64,000 nucleotides of DNA, taken from IMG/VR virus record IMGVR_UViG_3300029305_003094; one strand, given 5' to 3'. The notes beneath the pieces are model-generated. The model saw nothing but the letters and a program-made list of their open reading frames with translations, was not told the DNA's origin and ran no database searches. Below are positions 24,385 to 34,247 of the stretch, piece after piece (within the stretch, counting starts at the first letter, position 1; every line of letters starts with the position of its first letter). The position numbers were made by a program, and so were the translations under genes. The stretch comes from an uncultured virus (IMG/VR IMGVR_UViG_3300029305_003094). Taxonomy: Duplodnaviria; Heunggongvirae; Uroviricota; Caudoviricetes.

Positions 24385-26508
24385 GTGAATGTTATTAAAG
24401 CAGACGGTACTGTTTTGATTGACACCAGAATGCATACTGAAGGCTTTAACAAGGGTACCGGTGAAGTAAAAAGCCAGTTTGCCGCTATGGCTTCGAAAGC
24501 AAGCGAAGCAGCCAAACAGATCGAGACATCAATGAACGTGGGTTTCTCTAAGTCGGTGGAAATGGCGAGGGCCAGACTGCAGAGCTTGGAGATCCAGTTT
24601 GCAACGGTATCTGATTTGCTTAAGGAAGCGGTATATCTGGACGATGACAGGAATGCGGAACGTCTGGGAGCAAAGCAGGAAAGGCTTTACGATCAGATGG
24701 CGGATGCCCGGCGCAGGCTGGAGATTGAGGTTGCGGATGCGGCAAGAAGGCAGGCGGATGAAGAGGAGAAGGCTGCGGAAAGAACGAGGCGTGAAGCTGA
24801 GAAAAGTGCGAGGGCGGCAGAAGCTGCAGCCCGAAGACAAGTCACAGCGGAGGAGCGTGCGGCCAAGAATCAGGCCAGATATACTGCTGCCATTTCCGAT
24901 TCTACCAAGAGTACCGATAAGCTGGGAAAAGCGACAGGCAGATTTGGTACCCGGCTGTCCTCTATCGTAAGCGGCGCTCTGTTTTTCAATGTCATAAGCT
25001 CGGGTCTTTCTTCCCTTACGAGGACTCTGTGGGGCGCTATATCCTCCACAAATGAGATGAAGACTGCGCTCAACAATCTGAAGGGCGCTGCATCCGTGGC
25101 GGCTGCGCCGCTGGTAAATGCGCTCTCAAAAGCCTTTGCTGTGTTGACGAACGCGATTGCGGATGCATTCGGCTGGCTATCCAATTTCTATTCCTTGCTT
25201 ACCGGCAAGAGCATATCTTCCATGAAGCAGCAGGCGCAGCAGATGAACAGCATGGCATCCAGTGCCACGAAAGCACAGAAAGCACTTGCTGGCTTTGATG
25301 AGATTACCGTCCTTCAGGATAAATCCTCCGGATCCGGTGGCGGATCCTCTTCTCCCAACTATAACTATGGACTAACCAGTAAGGAAAGCTATGAAAGTGC
25401 GGCAAAAGCAGTCGAGAAATTCCGGAAGGTTCTGGAGCCTTTGCAGAAGATCGACTACAGCAAGCTGACAAAATCGACCGAAAATCTTGAAGAGGCGAAT
25501 AAAAATTTATCGGATACGATAAACAAAGCTTTGGCTGATGCGTACAACAATGTTTTGGTGCCGCTGGCAACGTGGTTCATTGAAGACTTTGCGCCGACAT
25601 CCGTAGACACGCTGACTGAGGCGTTTGATTTCTTGGAAGCAATCGTTTCGGCCACCGATTCTGCGCTTACTGCTTTTCACGAACACACGAAACCAATATG
25701 GGAGTACTTAGGTGGAATTGCCACAGATTTCGTGGACGGTCTGGGTGGCGCATTCTCCAGATTTGCAGCTACCGTCAACGAAAAGAACCCGGAGATCACG
25801 AAGGCTTTTGATGATCTGGGCTGGGTCATTGGAGAAGCGTACCGCATCTGCGAGCCGTTGCTTAATGACCTGAGAGATTTGTTCAAGCTTAACATGGAAA
25901 CGATCGCTTCGGTGATCGATAGTGAGCTGGGAAAGGGAATCGATTCGTTCACGAATTTGGCAGCTTTTATACGGCAAGTGTTCTCCGGTGATTTCTCCGG
26001 AGCACTGGGGACCATAAAAAAGGCGCTGGACGACTGGATCATAGGATCGATAGAAACGCTAAATGTGCTTTTGATGTCATTCGGTGTTGGCTTGAATAAG
26101 TTGCTGGTGAAGCTGAATGCAATACAGTTTACGATACCGGACTGGATTCCGGGGATTGGCGGAAAGACATTTGATTTGAATGTAAAGCCAATAAATGTAG
26201 CTAATCTTCAAATCCCAATCCCTGAGCTGGCGTCCGGCGCAGTCATTCCGCCCAACGCACCGTTTTTGGCCATGCTGGGCGATCAGCGACACGGTACCAA
26301 TATTGAGGCGCCGCTGGCAACGATTCAGGAGGCTTTCCGTCAAGAGGTCAGCGATATGGTTGGTGGAATGATGGCAGGTTTTCAGGCGAGTGTGGCAGTG
26401 CAGGAGCAAATCCTGGCCGCTGTTATGAGCATTGAAATTGGCGATACGACCATCGGCGAAGCGGCAGCACGCTACAATGTGGCGGAGCGCATCGTCAGGG
26501 GAGGGTGA
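24385..26508 (+). CDS. Tail tape measure protein
   Basis: ADGTVLIDT start, helical Ala-rich body, LAGFDEI, IPELASGAVIPPN. Confidence 0.9.
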   Translation: MNVIKADGTVLIDTRMHTEGFNKGTGEVKSQFAAMASKASEAAKQIETSMNVGFSKSVEMARARLQSLEIQFATVSDLLKEAVYLDDDRNAERLGAKQERLYDQMADARRRLEIEVADAARRQADEEEKAAERTRREAEKSARAAEAAARRQVTAEERAAKNQARYTAAISDSTKSTDKLGKATGRFGTRLSSIVSGALFFNVISSGLSSLTRTLWGAISSTNEMKTALNNLKGAASVAAAPLVNALSKAFAVLTNAIADAFGWLSNFYSLLTGKSISSMKQQAQQMNSMASSATKAQKALAGFDEITVLQDKSSGSGGGSSSPNYNYGLTSKESYESAAKAVEKFRKVLEPLQKIDYSKLTKSTENLEEANKNLSDTINKALADAYNNVLVPLATWFIEDFAPTSVDTLTEAFDFLEAIVSATDSALTAFHEHTKPIWEYLGGIATDFVDGLGGAFSRFAATVNEKNPEITKAFDDLGWVIGEAYRICEPLLNDLRDLFKLNMETIASVIDSELGKGIDSFTNLAAFIRQVFSGDFSGALGTIKKALDDWIIGSIETLNVLLMSFGVGLNKLLVKLNAIQFTIPDWIPGIGGKTFDLNVKPINVANLQIPIPELASGAVIPPNAPFLAMLGDQRHGTNIEAPLATIQEAFRQEVSDMVGGMMAGFQASVAVQEQILAAVMSIEIGDTTIGEAAARYNVAERIVRGG

Positions 26509-26882
26509 ACATGAAAACGACGGATTTATTTCTGATCGATGGGAAACCGATGCTTTGCCCGGATGCCGGTGTGAAGCTCAGCTATGAGGATCTGGATTCC
26601 TCAGAATCCGGAAGAGACCAGTCCGGATTTATGCACCGTGTTGTCTTGCGCTATAAAGTACCGACGTGGGGGTTCTCTTATTCCAGAATAACGACCGAAG
26701 AGAAGAATTACATCGAATCGCTTTTTCCGGATAAGGAAACCTTTATGTTTACGCATCCATCAAGGACAGATCCCAGCGTGCAGGAGACCACGAAATGCTA
26801 CAGATCCAAGTACAGCCTGACTTGGCAGAATGCCGTAACAGGGCTTTGGGGCGGCCTGTCATTTAATATCATTGCGTGCTGA
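26505..26882 (+). CDS. Distal tail (Dit-like) protein
   Basis: After TMP; DLDSSESGRDQSGFMHR motif. Confidence 0.7.
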   Translation: MNMKTTDLFLIDGKPMLCPDAGVKLSYEDLDSSESGRDQSGFMHRVVLRYKVPTWGFSYSRITTEEKNYIESLFPDKETFMFTHPSRTDPSVQETTKCYRSKYSLTWQNAVTGLWGGLSFNIIAC

Positions 26883-26890
26883 GGTGACCC

Positions 26891-28429
26891 ATGAAAAGAA
26901 GCTTGATTGTTTTGAAGGATGGCAGCGAGGTTTTTTCCGGAACCGGTGAGCTTCCTGCCATCAAATCGTTAAGCTACAGAAGGACGGCCGTTTCCACCAC
27001 TGACTTCTTTTACGGAAGTGCCTGCGCGGCAACTGTCGATGTTTCCGTCATTGAGAAAAGCGCTGAGATACAAATGTCTGTTGGGGATGAGTTTGACTAT
27101 TACGAGGTGGATCAGGACGGAACCCGTGAGAAAATAGGCAGATTCATCTGCACGACTGCGAAACGGTCTTCTCCTTATGCGATGAAGTTTTCGGCGCACG
27201 ACCGCATGACCAGATTTGATGTTGACATTTCCATCTGGTTAGCGGAGCTGACCGAATGGCCATATACCATAAACCAGCTTCTACAGATGACGGCTGATTA
27301 TTGTGGAGTTGAAATAGACGGGAGCACGGAGCTCATCAACGGAGAGCATCAGGTTCAGCGATTTATCGCATCCGTCACGGCCAGAAAACTGCTGCAGTGG
27401 ATCTGTGAGGCCAATGCCTGCTTTGCCATCATGAACGAGAATGGGATTCTTGTTTTTGGGGAATTGACAGATCGTGGAGCATTGACGGCTGATGTGAAAA
27501 AGGCCTCGGTGGAAGACTACTGTACGAAACCGATTGCACGAGTTGTTGTGAAGCAGACCGAAGAGGATATCGGAACGCGCTGGCCGGATGTGGAGGGAGA
27601 AACATATGAGATCCTGCGAAATCCGCTATTGGCTGCCTTCTCTGAAGAAGAGATCCTTCCGGCAATTGAAAACATTGCAGGAAAGATCCTTGGGCTGACG
27701 TACACGCCGGCAAAGGTTGAACTGTGGGAAGATGGAATGAAGGTGAAAGCCGGAGATGTCTTTTCTTTTCAAGTTGGCGACAAGGAGTACAAGACGATCG
27801 CATTTTCCGAAAATAGAACAGGGTCGTTAGTAACGTTGAAGAGCTCCGGTGCCAGTAGCAGATCAGCTCCATCTTCTATTTTCAGCAAAAATGCTGTGGA
27901 TCAGCTGCAGGGAAGGATCACAGAAATTAAGGCAACCTTGGGGGAGATTTCCACCAGAATGGAAGAGACCACCATATCTCTTGAAGAGGTACGGGAGGAA
28001 TCTTCCACCGTAAAACAGACAACGGAAAGCTTGGAGCTGACGGTTTCAGAAACGAAGACGAAAGCGGAAGAAACTGCCAGCAAATTAGCTGCGCTGGAGG
28101 TCAAATCGTCTTCGGTGGAGATATCCATTCAAAAAATAACCTCTGATGTATCCCAAAAAGCCGATAGATCTTCTGTGGAAGAACTGACTGAAAAATTCCG
28201 CTTTGATGAAAACGGAATGACGATCTTTAATAGCGCCACAGGCATGGGCGTTGAGATCTCGGAGGAGAAAGTTGCTTTTACCGGGGGAAACGATGAGCCT
28301 ACAACGCAGATTACGCCAACCGAGATGGAGACAACAAATCTTCAAGTGCAGGAGCAGCTGGACATCAAAAACTTCAGCTTTATACCAAGAACGAACGGAA
28401 ATATGAGTGTCCGCTGGACGGGAGGCTAA
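26891..28429 (+). CDS. Tail hub/spike protein
   Basis: Position; hub-like N-terminus, coiled coil, beta-rich C-terminus. Confidence 0.75.
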   Translation: MKRSLIVLKDGSEVFSGTGELPAIKSLSYRRTAVSTTDFFYGSACAATVDVSVIEKSAEIQMSVGDEFDYYEVDQDGTREKIGRFICTTAKRSSPYAMKFSAHDRMTRFDVDISIWLAELTEWPYTINQLLQMTADYCGVEIDGSTELINGEHQVQRFIASVTARKLLQWICEANACFAIMNENGILVFGELTDRGALTADVKKASVEDYCTKPIARVVVKQTEEDIGTRWPDVEGETYEILRNPLLAAFSEEEILPAIENIAGKILGLTYTPAKVELWEDGMKVKAGDVFSFQVGDKEYKTIAFSENRTGSLVTLKSSGASSRSAPSSIFSKNAVDQLQGRITEIKATLGEISTRMEETTISLEEVREESSTVKQTTESLELTVSETKTKAEETASKLAALEVKSSSVEISIQKITSDVSQKADRSSVEELTEKFRFDENGMTIFNSATGMGVEISEEKVAFTGGNDEPTTQITPTEMETTNLQVQEQLDIKNFSFIPRTNGNMSVRWTGG

Positions 28430-28430
28430 T

Positions 28431-30272
28431 ATGGCAGAAGTAACTTTATCAACGCCGGCATTCTACGCAAAAGGGTCTAGTGGAAAGTCTGCGGTCGTTG
28501 GCTACGAAAGTAACCAAAACCGTATTGCTCGGCACACACTTGTTGTGCCAAGCACCGGTGCCAGTCATATAGAGTTTTCGTTCAAGGGCGGCACCTCCGG
28601 AAAAGGAACTGTTCCCAATACGCTGTATTTCTACATTGGCACAGATCCTGCGAGCCATGGAAGCGCTGGATCCGGATCTGAGTACACGGGGAAACTCACA
28701 AGAACGTCCGGAACATACAACTACACCGGTGCTGCTGACATAATCCTTATGCCAAATACGACCTACTATGTGTGGGTGTTCCCGACCAACAAGGTATTTG
28801 GTTGGATATATTGGAGCAGAGCGTCCGGAAAAGCAAAGGCAACGCTTACCGGCGGAGCAATGTCGGCGCTGAATGCAAGAAGTGGAATTCTCGGAGAATC
28901 CCAAACGCTTGAGGTAACAAAGTATCAGGAAAGCTTTGTACATACGATTCGCTATGCGATTGGTAATGCGGTGGGAGTGATCTGCGATAAGATTGCAGAC
29001 ACCACAATTTCGTGGACTCCTCCTTTTGATTTGGCATATCAAATGCCAAACGCTGATAGAGGATCGTTGGTACTTACAATTGAAACCTATAATGGAGATG
29101 TGCTGATCGGGAGTCAGAAGACAGAAACGGAGCTTTTGATTCCGGACAGCATTGTTCCTGCGGCCAGCGCTACATGGGAAGACACGTCGGCGGCATATGA
29201 GATATTTGGCTCATTTGTACAACGTGTTTCTCGGCTAGTAGTGGAAGTGACGGGCGTCGGTTCGTATGGCAGCTCAATTTTAAACGCCACCGTGATGCTT
29301 GACGGAAAACCTTATAGTGGAGGAGCAATCAGTGCGGTAGGCAATGTAGTGCTTCAGGTTGGAGTAACAGACAGCCGAGGTCGCTCCGGATATTCGGAAT
29401 ATAAAATTACTGTAGAACAGTATGATCCTCCGAAAGTAAATGTGGCGGTGCATAGATGCCAAGAGGATGGTACGGCAGACGACATGGGCGAATATGCTCA
29501 AGTGCGCATATCCGGCAGTGTTTCAAATGTAAAGGGAATAAACGATGCAACACTGACCTTCAAATATGGCACAGAGACTGTTACAGAAGGTTATGAAGCA
29601 GGAGCGTTTGAGTACTCGTCAATCATACCAGCCCCATCGGCATCCACGCTAACTTTATCAGCATTATTGGCCGATAAGTTAAGAACAGCACCGCCGGTAA
29701 CTAAGGTGCTGTCGGTGGGTTACGCAACAATGGACTTCTTGGCAGGTGGCAAGGGAATTGCCTTTGGTACCACCGCACAGAAGGAAGGCTTCGTCTGCGC
29801 AATGAATACCGACTTCTGCGGCAAAACCGTCACCGGCCTTCCTAAACCTGCAGAGGATACTGCGCCGGTTACGAAGGAAAGTCTTTTGGACCTGGTATAC
29901 CCCGTGGGCAGCATTTATATGTCCGTCAATGCCACAAACCCTTCAGTTTTGTTCGGCGGCACATGGGAGCGAATTCAAGATCGTTTCCTGCTGGCTGCCG
30001 GCAGTACCTATGCCGCAGGCGCCAGTGGCGGCAGTGATAAGCATTATCACAGCTTAAGTGACGCGGCGGTGGCGCTGATAAACCACCATGACGGCAAGTT
30101 TTGGTTTTATGAGATAGAGGGCGTCAGCTTTGTGGCCTCCGGCAGCGGCGCGGCCACCGGCGCCAATGTGAATGCCCAGCAGAGCGCCGGTATCCCTCTG
30201 CGCGGCGGCACCGATACCGCAAGCACCATGCCGCCCTACTTATCGGTTTATATCTGGAAAAGAACAGCATAA
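28431..30272 (+). CDS. Tail fibre / receptor-binding protein
   Basis: Ig-like central region (VTDSRGR), C-terminal YPVGSIY...GGTWERI...MPPYLSVYIWKRT tip domain. Confidence 0.85.
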   Translation: MAEVTLSTPAFYAKGSSGKSAVVGYESNQNRIARHTLVVPSTGASHIEFSFKGGTSGKGTVPNTLYFYIGTDPASHGSAGSGSEYTGKLTRTSGTYNYTGAADIILMPNTTYYVWVFPTNKVFGWIYWSRASGKAKATLTGGAMSALNARSGILGESQTLEVTKYQESFVHTIRYAIGNAVGVICDKIADTTISWTPPFDLAYQMPNADRGSLVLTIETYNGDVLIGSQKTETELLIPDSIVPAASATWEDTSAAYEIFGSFVQRVSRLVVEVTGVGSYGSSILNATVMLDGKPYSGGAISAVGNVVLQVGVTDSRGRSGYSEYKITVEQYDPPKVNVAVHRCQEDGTADDMGEYAQVRISGSVSNVKGINDATLTFKYGTETVTEGYEAGAFEYSSIIPAPSASTLTLSALLADKLRTAPPVTKVLSVGYATMDFLAGGKGIAFGTTAQKEGFVCAMNTDFCGKTVTGLPKPAEDTAPVTKESLLDLVYPVGSIYMSVNATNPSVLFGGTWERIQDRFLLAAGSTYAAGASGGSDKHYHSLSDAAVALINHHDGKFWFYEIEGVSFVASGSGAATGANVNAQQSAGIPLRGGTDTASTMPPYLSVYIWKRTA

Positions 30273-30288
30273 CAAGGAGGAAAATACA

Positions 30289-30942
30289 ATGAGCTACAGT
30301 AATTTGGTAAGCTATGTGCAGGAGAGCCCCAACAAAAGCGTCCGCAAGAATGCAACCTACAACCCCAAGGGTGAGGTATGGGTCATTGTGCCCCACCATG
30401 TGGCTGGTGTTACGGATGTGGAGGATCTGGGAGCGTTGTTCGCAAACCCGGCCCGGCAGGCAAGCAGCAATTACGGCATCGGCAATGACGGCCGCATTGC
30501 CTGCTTTGCGCCGGAGGAGTACCGCAGCTGGTGCACCGGAAGCAGAGAGGTGGACTACAAGGCAATTACCATCGAGGTCTCCAACAGCGCCGGTGCGCCG
30601 GACTGGCCGGTCAGCGATGCCGCCTACGAGTCTCTGATCAAACTTTGCGTGGATATCTGCAAGCGACACAATTTCCGCCTGAACTATACCGGAGATAAGA
30701 CCGGTAACCTGCAGATGCACAAATGGTATCAGGCCACCGGCTGCCCCGGCCCTTATCTGGAGGCACGCTTCCCGGAGATCGCCGCGGAGGTCAACCGCCG
30801 GCTGGATGCCGACGGAAAGAAGGATGTATTCTACCGGGTGCAATGTGGTGCTTTCAACAGCCATGACAATGCGGTTCGCTTCCGGGATGAGCTGCGTGCG
30901 AAGGGATATAGTGACGCCTTCATTGTGCAGGTGGAAAAATAA
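30289..30942 (+). CDS. Endolysin: amidase_2 plus SPOR-like binding domain
   Basis: PHHVAG, ASSNYGIG, ITIEV, HKW...TGCPG; YRVQCGAF. Confidence 0.9.
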   Translation: MSYSNLVSYVQESPNKSVRKNATYNPKGEVWVIVPHHVAGVTDVEDLGALFANPARQASSNYGIGNDGRIACFAPEEYRSWCTGSREVDYKAITIEVSNSAGAPDWPVSDAAYESLIKLCVDICKRHNFRLNYTGDKTGNLQMHKWYQATGCPGPYLEARFPEIAAEVNRRLDADGKKDVFYRVQCGAFNSHDNAVRFRDELRAKGYSDAFIVQVEK

Positions 30943-30961
30943 GAAACTGGAGGAAAGAAAA

Positions 30962-31504
30962 ATGCAGGAAAATATGATGACTTTTAAGGCTGCTGTGGCA
31001 GCGTTCTTTACGGCGGCTGGAGCTCTCTTGGGCTGGCAAGGTGTGATGATCGCCGTGTGGGTAGGTATGATGCTGCTGGATTATTTGTCGGGTACTTTCG
31101 CGGCAATGAAAAGCGGCGAGTGGTGTAGTGCCACAGCTAGGCAGGGTCTCTGGCATAAGGGTGGTATGATCGTGGTGGTGGTCGTGGCAGGCATTGCGGA
31201 CCTTGTTATGAGCATCATCTGCCAGCACATCCCCTTAGATATGACGTGGCCGGTGCTGATTCTTCCGCTGGTGCTTGCGTGGTACATATTGACGGAGATG
31301 GGCAGCATCCTTGAAAATGCGGTGAAGATGGGCGCCCCGATTCCGGAATGGCTCATAAAGGTTCTGAAGGTCGGTGTAAATATTATTGATCGCAAAGGTG
31401 ATAAGCTGAAGGATCAGCTTTCTGCTGGCGGAGTTGAAGCGGAAGAGCATTCGCAAGATACAGTAGAACCCGAACAGAATAGCGATAAGAATGTCGCAGA
31501 ATAA
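30962..31504 (+). CDS. Holin (phage holin family 4)
   Basis: LDYLSG...S..ARQGL.HK...EMGSILEN..KMG.PIP.WL. Confidence 0.9.
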   Translation: MQENMMTFKAAVAAFFTAAGALLGWQGVMIAVWVGMMLLDYLSGTFAAMKSGEWCSATARQGLWHKGGMIVVVVVAGIADLVMSIICQHIPLDMTWPVLILPLVLAWYILTEMGSILENAVKMGAPIPEWLIKVLKVGVNIIDRKGDKLKDQLSAGGVEAEEHSQDTVEPEQNSDKNVAE

Positions 31505-31540
31505 AGAAAAAGACGCCTCTTTACAGAGGCGTCTTTTTTC
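31505..31540. terminator. Bidirectional intrinsic terminator
   Basis: AAAAAGACGCCTCT-TTAC-AGAGGCGTCTTTTTT. Confidence 0.88.
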
Positions 31541-31567
31541 TTGGCACAACGATCTTCAAAGCTGAAG

Positions 31568-31597
31568 CAGTGACAAAAACTCTTGGTACACCGGAAG
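31568..31597. repeat. Right attachment junction: attP arm 31568-31589 plus core 31584-31597
   Basis: CAGTGACAAAAACTCTTGGTAC is a 19/22 inverted copy of 129-150. Confidence 0.92.
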
Positions 31598-31659
31598 GGA
31601 CTCGAACCCCCAACCCTCGGAACCGGAATCCGATGCTCTATCCATTGAGCCACCGGTGC
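31584..31659 (-). tRNA. Host tRNA-Arg(CCG), reconstituted by prophage 1
   Basis: Cloverleaf, TTCCGGT loop, CCA; TTTACA-16-TATAAT promoter at 31698-31671. Confidence 0.95.
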
Positions 31660-31809
31660 GTAGCTTGCTTATTATAGCACAATTTTGCGATTTGTAAAGT
31701 CTGCGTATCCATTTTATTTGTTTATTTTCTGCATAAGTTCTGCAAAAACAGTTGTTTTTCTTGTTTTACCGTGTTATAATCCAAAAAGATATATATTTAG
31801 GAGGTCTTT

Positions 31810-32397
31810 TTGACCATGGTCCAGAATTTCAGAAAATCCATCGGCGGTTTTAACCGTGAAGATGTTGTCCAGTACATCGAGTTTATTAACAATCGCCACA
31901 ACACGCAGGTCAATCAGCTTAAGGCCGAGCTGCAGACCGTGAAGGATGAGCTTGCCGCTGCTCAGCAGGACGCATCCGTCAAGGAGGAACTGGAGTCCGT
32001 TCGCGCCCAACTGGATGCCGCTTTGGCAGAAAAGGCGGAAGCAGAGCTTCTGAAGGCGGAAACCGAATCCCTGAAGGCAGAGGTCGCTGCGCTGAAGACC
32101 GAGCTTGAGGCCAAGTCCAACGAGTGCGCTGACCGGGAACTGGAGGCTTATCGCCGTGCTGAGCGTGTGGAGCGCACAGCCAAGGAGCGCGTTACCCATA
32201 TCTACGCGCAGGTCAACTCCGTTCTGGAGCGTGTGACCAGAAATTCCGAGTGCACTGCAGATCAGATCTCTCAGGTGGTGGATTCCTTCGCCCGTCAGAT
32301 CACCGATATGCAGGCCGCGCTGGAAAAGAGCAAGCAGAGCATTCGTGAGGCTGCGGAGACCATGAAGACCATTCGCCCCGTGGAGCCTGACTGTTGA
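31810..32397 (+). CDS. Host coiled-coil protein with DivIVA-like N-terminus
   Basis: FRKSIGGFNREDVVQYI followed by coiled coil; AGGAGG RBS; terminator at 32404-32434. Confidence 0.7.
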   Translation: MTMVQNFRKSIGGFNREDVVQYIEFINNRHNTQVNQLKAELQTVKDELAAAQQDASVKEELESVRAQLDAALAEKAEAELLKAETESLKAEVAALKTELEAKSNECADRELEAYRRAERVERTAKERVTHIYAQVNSVLERVTRNSECTADQISQVVDSFARQITDMQAALEKSKQSIREAAETMKTIRPVEPDC

Positions 32398-32444
32398 TTT
32401 TTGAACGAGCTGCCACATCGGCAGCTCGTTTTTTAGGAGTTACA

Positions 32445-33422
32445 ATGAAGATTTCAAAACCTTGCTACTATGATTCTTTCCGCTGCATCGCAGGCGCGTG
32501 TCCGGACAGTTGTTGCCAGGAATGGGCGGTTGTGGTGGATGATGATAAAGCTGCCTTTTATCGCAGCCTGCCCGGCGATTTGGGAGACCGCCTGCGCAGC
32601 GTGCTGGTTGAGGAGGATGGCGAAACGGTCATGGCTATTGAAGACCGGCGCTGTCCTATGTGGCGCGCCGACGGGCTATGCCGCATTCAGGCAGAACTGG
32701 GAGAACAGGCGCTGTGTAAGACCTGCCGGGAGTTTCCTCGTCTGACCCATGATTACGGCGACTTTACAGAACTGCAGCTGGAGCTTTCCTGCCCAGTGGC
32801 GGCAGAGCTGATCCTGCACGGTGACGATACCGCTGCAGAGCAGGAAATTGCCGGCGGTGAGGCGGAATACGATCCTGAAGTCATGGAAACCTTGCGCCGC
32901 AGCAGGGGAGAGGCGCTTCGATTTTTACGGGATACTGCGGTGCCCGTGGGTGAAGCGCTGGCACAGCTGCTTTTGTTTGCCTACGATGTGCAGGAGGAAC
33001 TGGATGGAGGCGAGAAGGCTGCTTTTGTGCCTGCTGATTTGCACTTTTCCGTGAGGGGAGATGCAGCTGCGCTTCTGCGTTTCTTAGGCAAACTGGAGAT
33101 TTTGACAGACCGTTGGCGTGCCAGACTGGACGATCCGCAGAACAGTACTTGGACAGAGGAGCATCGCGCTCTGGCACGCTATTTCGTGCAGCGCTATTGG
33201 TTGCAGGCGATTTCTGATTATGATTTGGTGAGCCGGGCAAAGCTGGTGATCATCTCCTGCCTGACTATTAAGCTTTTGGGCGGAGATGTGGTATCCACCG
33301 CGCAGCTATATTCCAAAGAGATCGAAAACGATGCCGATAATGTGGATGCTCTTCTGGACGGAGCATATACCGACGTTGCCCTCACCGATTCCAATCTGCT
33401 GGGTCTGCTGCTGCACCCATGA
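32445..33422 (+). CDS. fliB: Host FliB-family (flagellin lysine-N-methylase-like) protein
   Basis: P.YYDSFRCIAGACPDSCCQEW...CP...LCRIQ...LCKTCREFPR...LSCP. Confidence 0.8.
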   Translation: MKISKPCYYDSFRCIAGACPDSCCQEWAVVVDDDKAAFYRSLPGDLGDRLRSVLVEEDGETVMAIEDRRCPMWRADGLCRIQAELGEQALCKTCREFPRLTHDYGDFTELQLELSCPVAAELILHGDDTAAEQEIAGGEAEYDPEVMETLRRSRGEALRFLRDTAVPVGEALAQLLLFAYDVQEELDGGEKAAFVPADLHFSVRGDAAALLRFLGKLEILTDRWRARLDDPQNSTWTEEHRALARYFVQRYWLQAISDYDLVSRAKLVIISCLTIKLLGGDVVSTAQLYSKEIENDADNVDALLDGAYTDVALTDSNLLGLLLHP

Positions 33423-33808
33423 CTGCACACATCAAATACAACGCTGCCAATTGCATTTTGCGCTCCGGAGCGCCTCACGTGGTGAAGTTGTTCCATGCAT
33501 TTTGCGCCGATCTCTTGCTGGGGAACGGTCAGCCGCAATGGTCTAACGCCCTCTGTATGCAACGCTGCGGTTAGTATTCCTCTAACCGGCTTTCTCAATA
33601 GCGCCACCTACATTCCGGGATTCCTTTATCGAGCGATACCACGTCTGCGCCGCGTGTATTAGCGTATCGAGTGCTTTTGCGGCTGTTGGATGAGATTGAA
33701 ATCGTCTTCCATAGATCGTGACCGCATATCTGCCAGACTTGTTCAGCGATGATCAATGCATACAAACCGTGTGGGATCAAAATAATACTTCTTTTTATGA
33801 AAAAACCC

Positions 33809-33837
33809 TTGACAAATCGCTTTCTTGTTGCTATAAT
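33809..33837 (+). promoter_or_regulatory. tRNA-Ala promoter
   Basis: TTGACA-17-TATAAT. Confidence 0.85.
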
Positions 33838-33868
33838 GCAAAAGCTGTCTGAACAGCGAACCGAATAT

Positions 33869-33944
<76 letters not shown>

Positions 33945-33945
33945 C

Positions 33946-33990
33946 AAAAGTCCCTAAAAGCCTGTAAAATCAAGGCTTTTGGGGATTTTT
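33946..33990 (+). terminator. Hairpin/terminator after tRNA-Ala
   Basis: AAAAGTCCCTAAAAGCCT/AGGCTTTTGGGGATTTT followed by T run. Confidence 0.7.
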
Positions 33991-34060
33991 TCTTTTTTAT
34001 TATTTCCTAAAATTTCGAGAAATTTTTTCCTATGACCACCATAGTGACCCCCAATGTTCA

Positions 34061-34171
34061 AGCATGGAATCTGCCAAGTTGGGTGGACACAGGGCATCAA
34101 AAGTTGGTTGGCATGATTCTTGCTAGTGTTTCCGCAAATGACGGAAGAAAAAGTTGGCATGATTCTTGCTA
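34061..34171. repeat. Three sigma-54-like (-24/-12) boxes
   Basis: GTTGGCATGATTCTTGCTA at 34107-34125 and 34153-34171; inverted TTGGCAGATTCCATGCT at 34077-34061. Confidence 0.65.
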
Positions 34172-34179
34172 TGGTAAAC

Positions 34180-34211
34180 AAAAAAAGGGGGAGCGAAATG
34201 CTCCCCCTTTC
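34180..34211 (-). terminator. Late-operon terminator of prophage 2
   Basis: AAAGGGGGAGC/GCTCCCCCTTT stem with U7 on - strand. Confidence 0.85.
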
Positions 34212-34247
34212 TCTGTCCCTGTGACCGCCTGTGGGCGGTTTTTATTT

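Larger units (their letters stand above)
113..31597 (+). mobile_element. Prophage 1, complete siphovirus-type prophage integrated in the 3' end of tRNA-Arg(CCG)
   Basis: 14-bp direct repeat TGGTACACCGGAAG at 113-126 and 31584-31597; gene order integrase, repressor, early genes, Rep, terminase, portal, capsid, tail, lysis. Confidence 0.95.

Noticed and set aside
33423..33780. Host intergenic segment with a repeated TGCATTTTGCGC and a few hairpins, as ncRNA or gene
   Set aside because: No recognisable family, convincing ORF or terminator; left unannotated
34033..34171. Mini CRISPR array
   Set aside because: Only two identical 19-bp copies with a 27-bp gap, no cas genes; better explained as protein-binding sites
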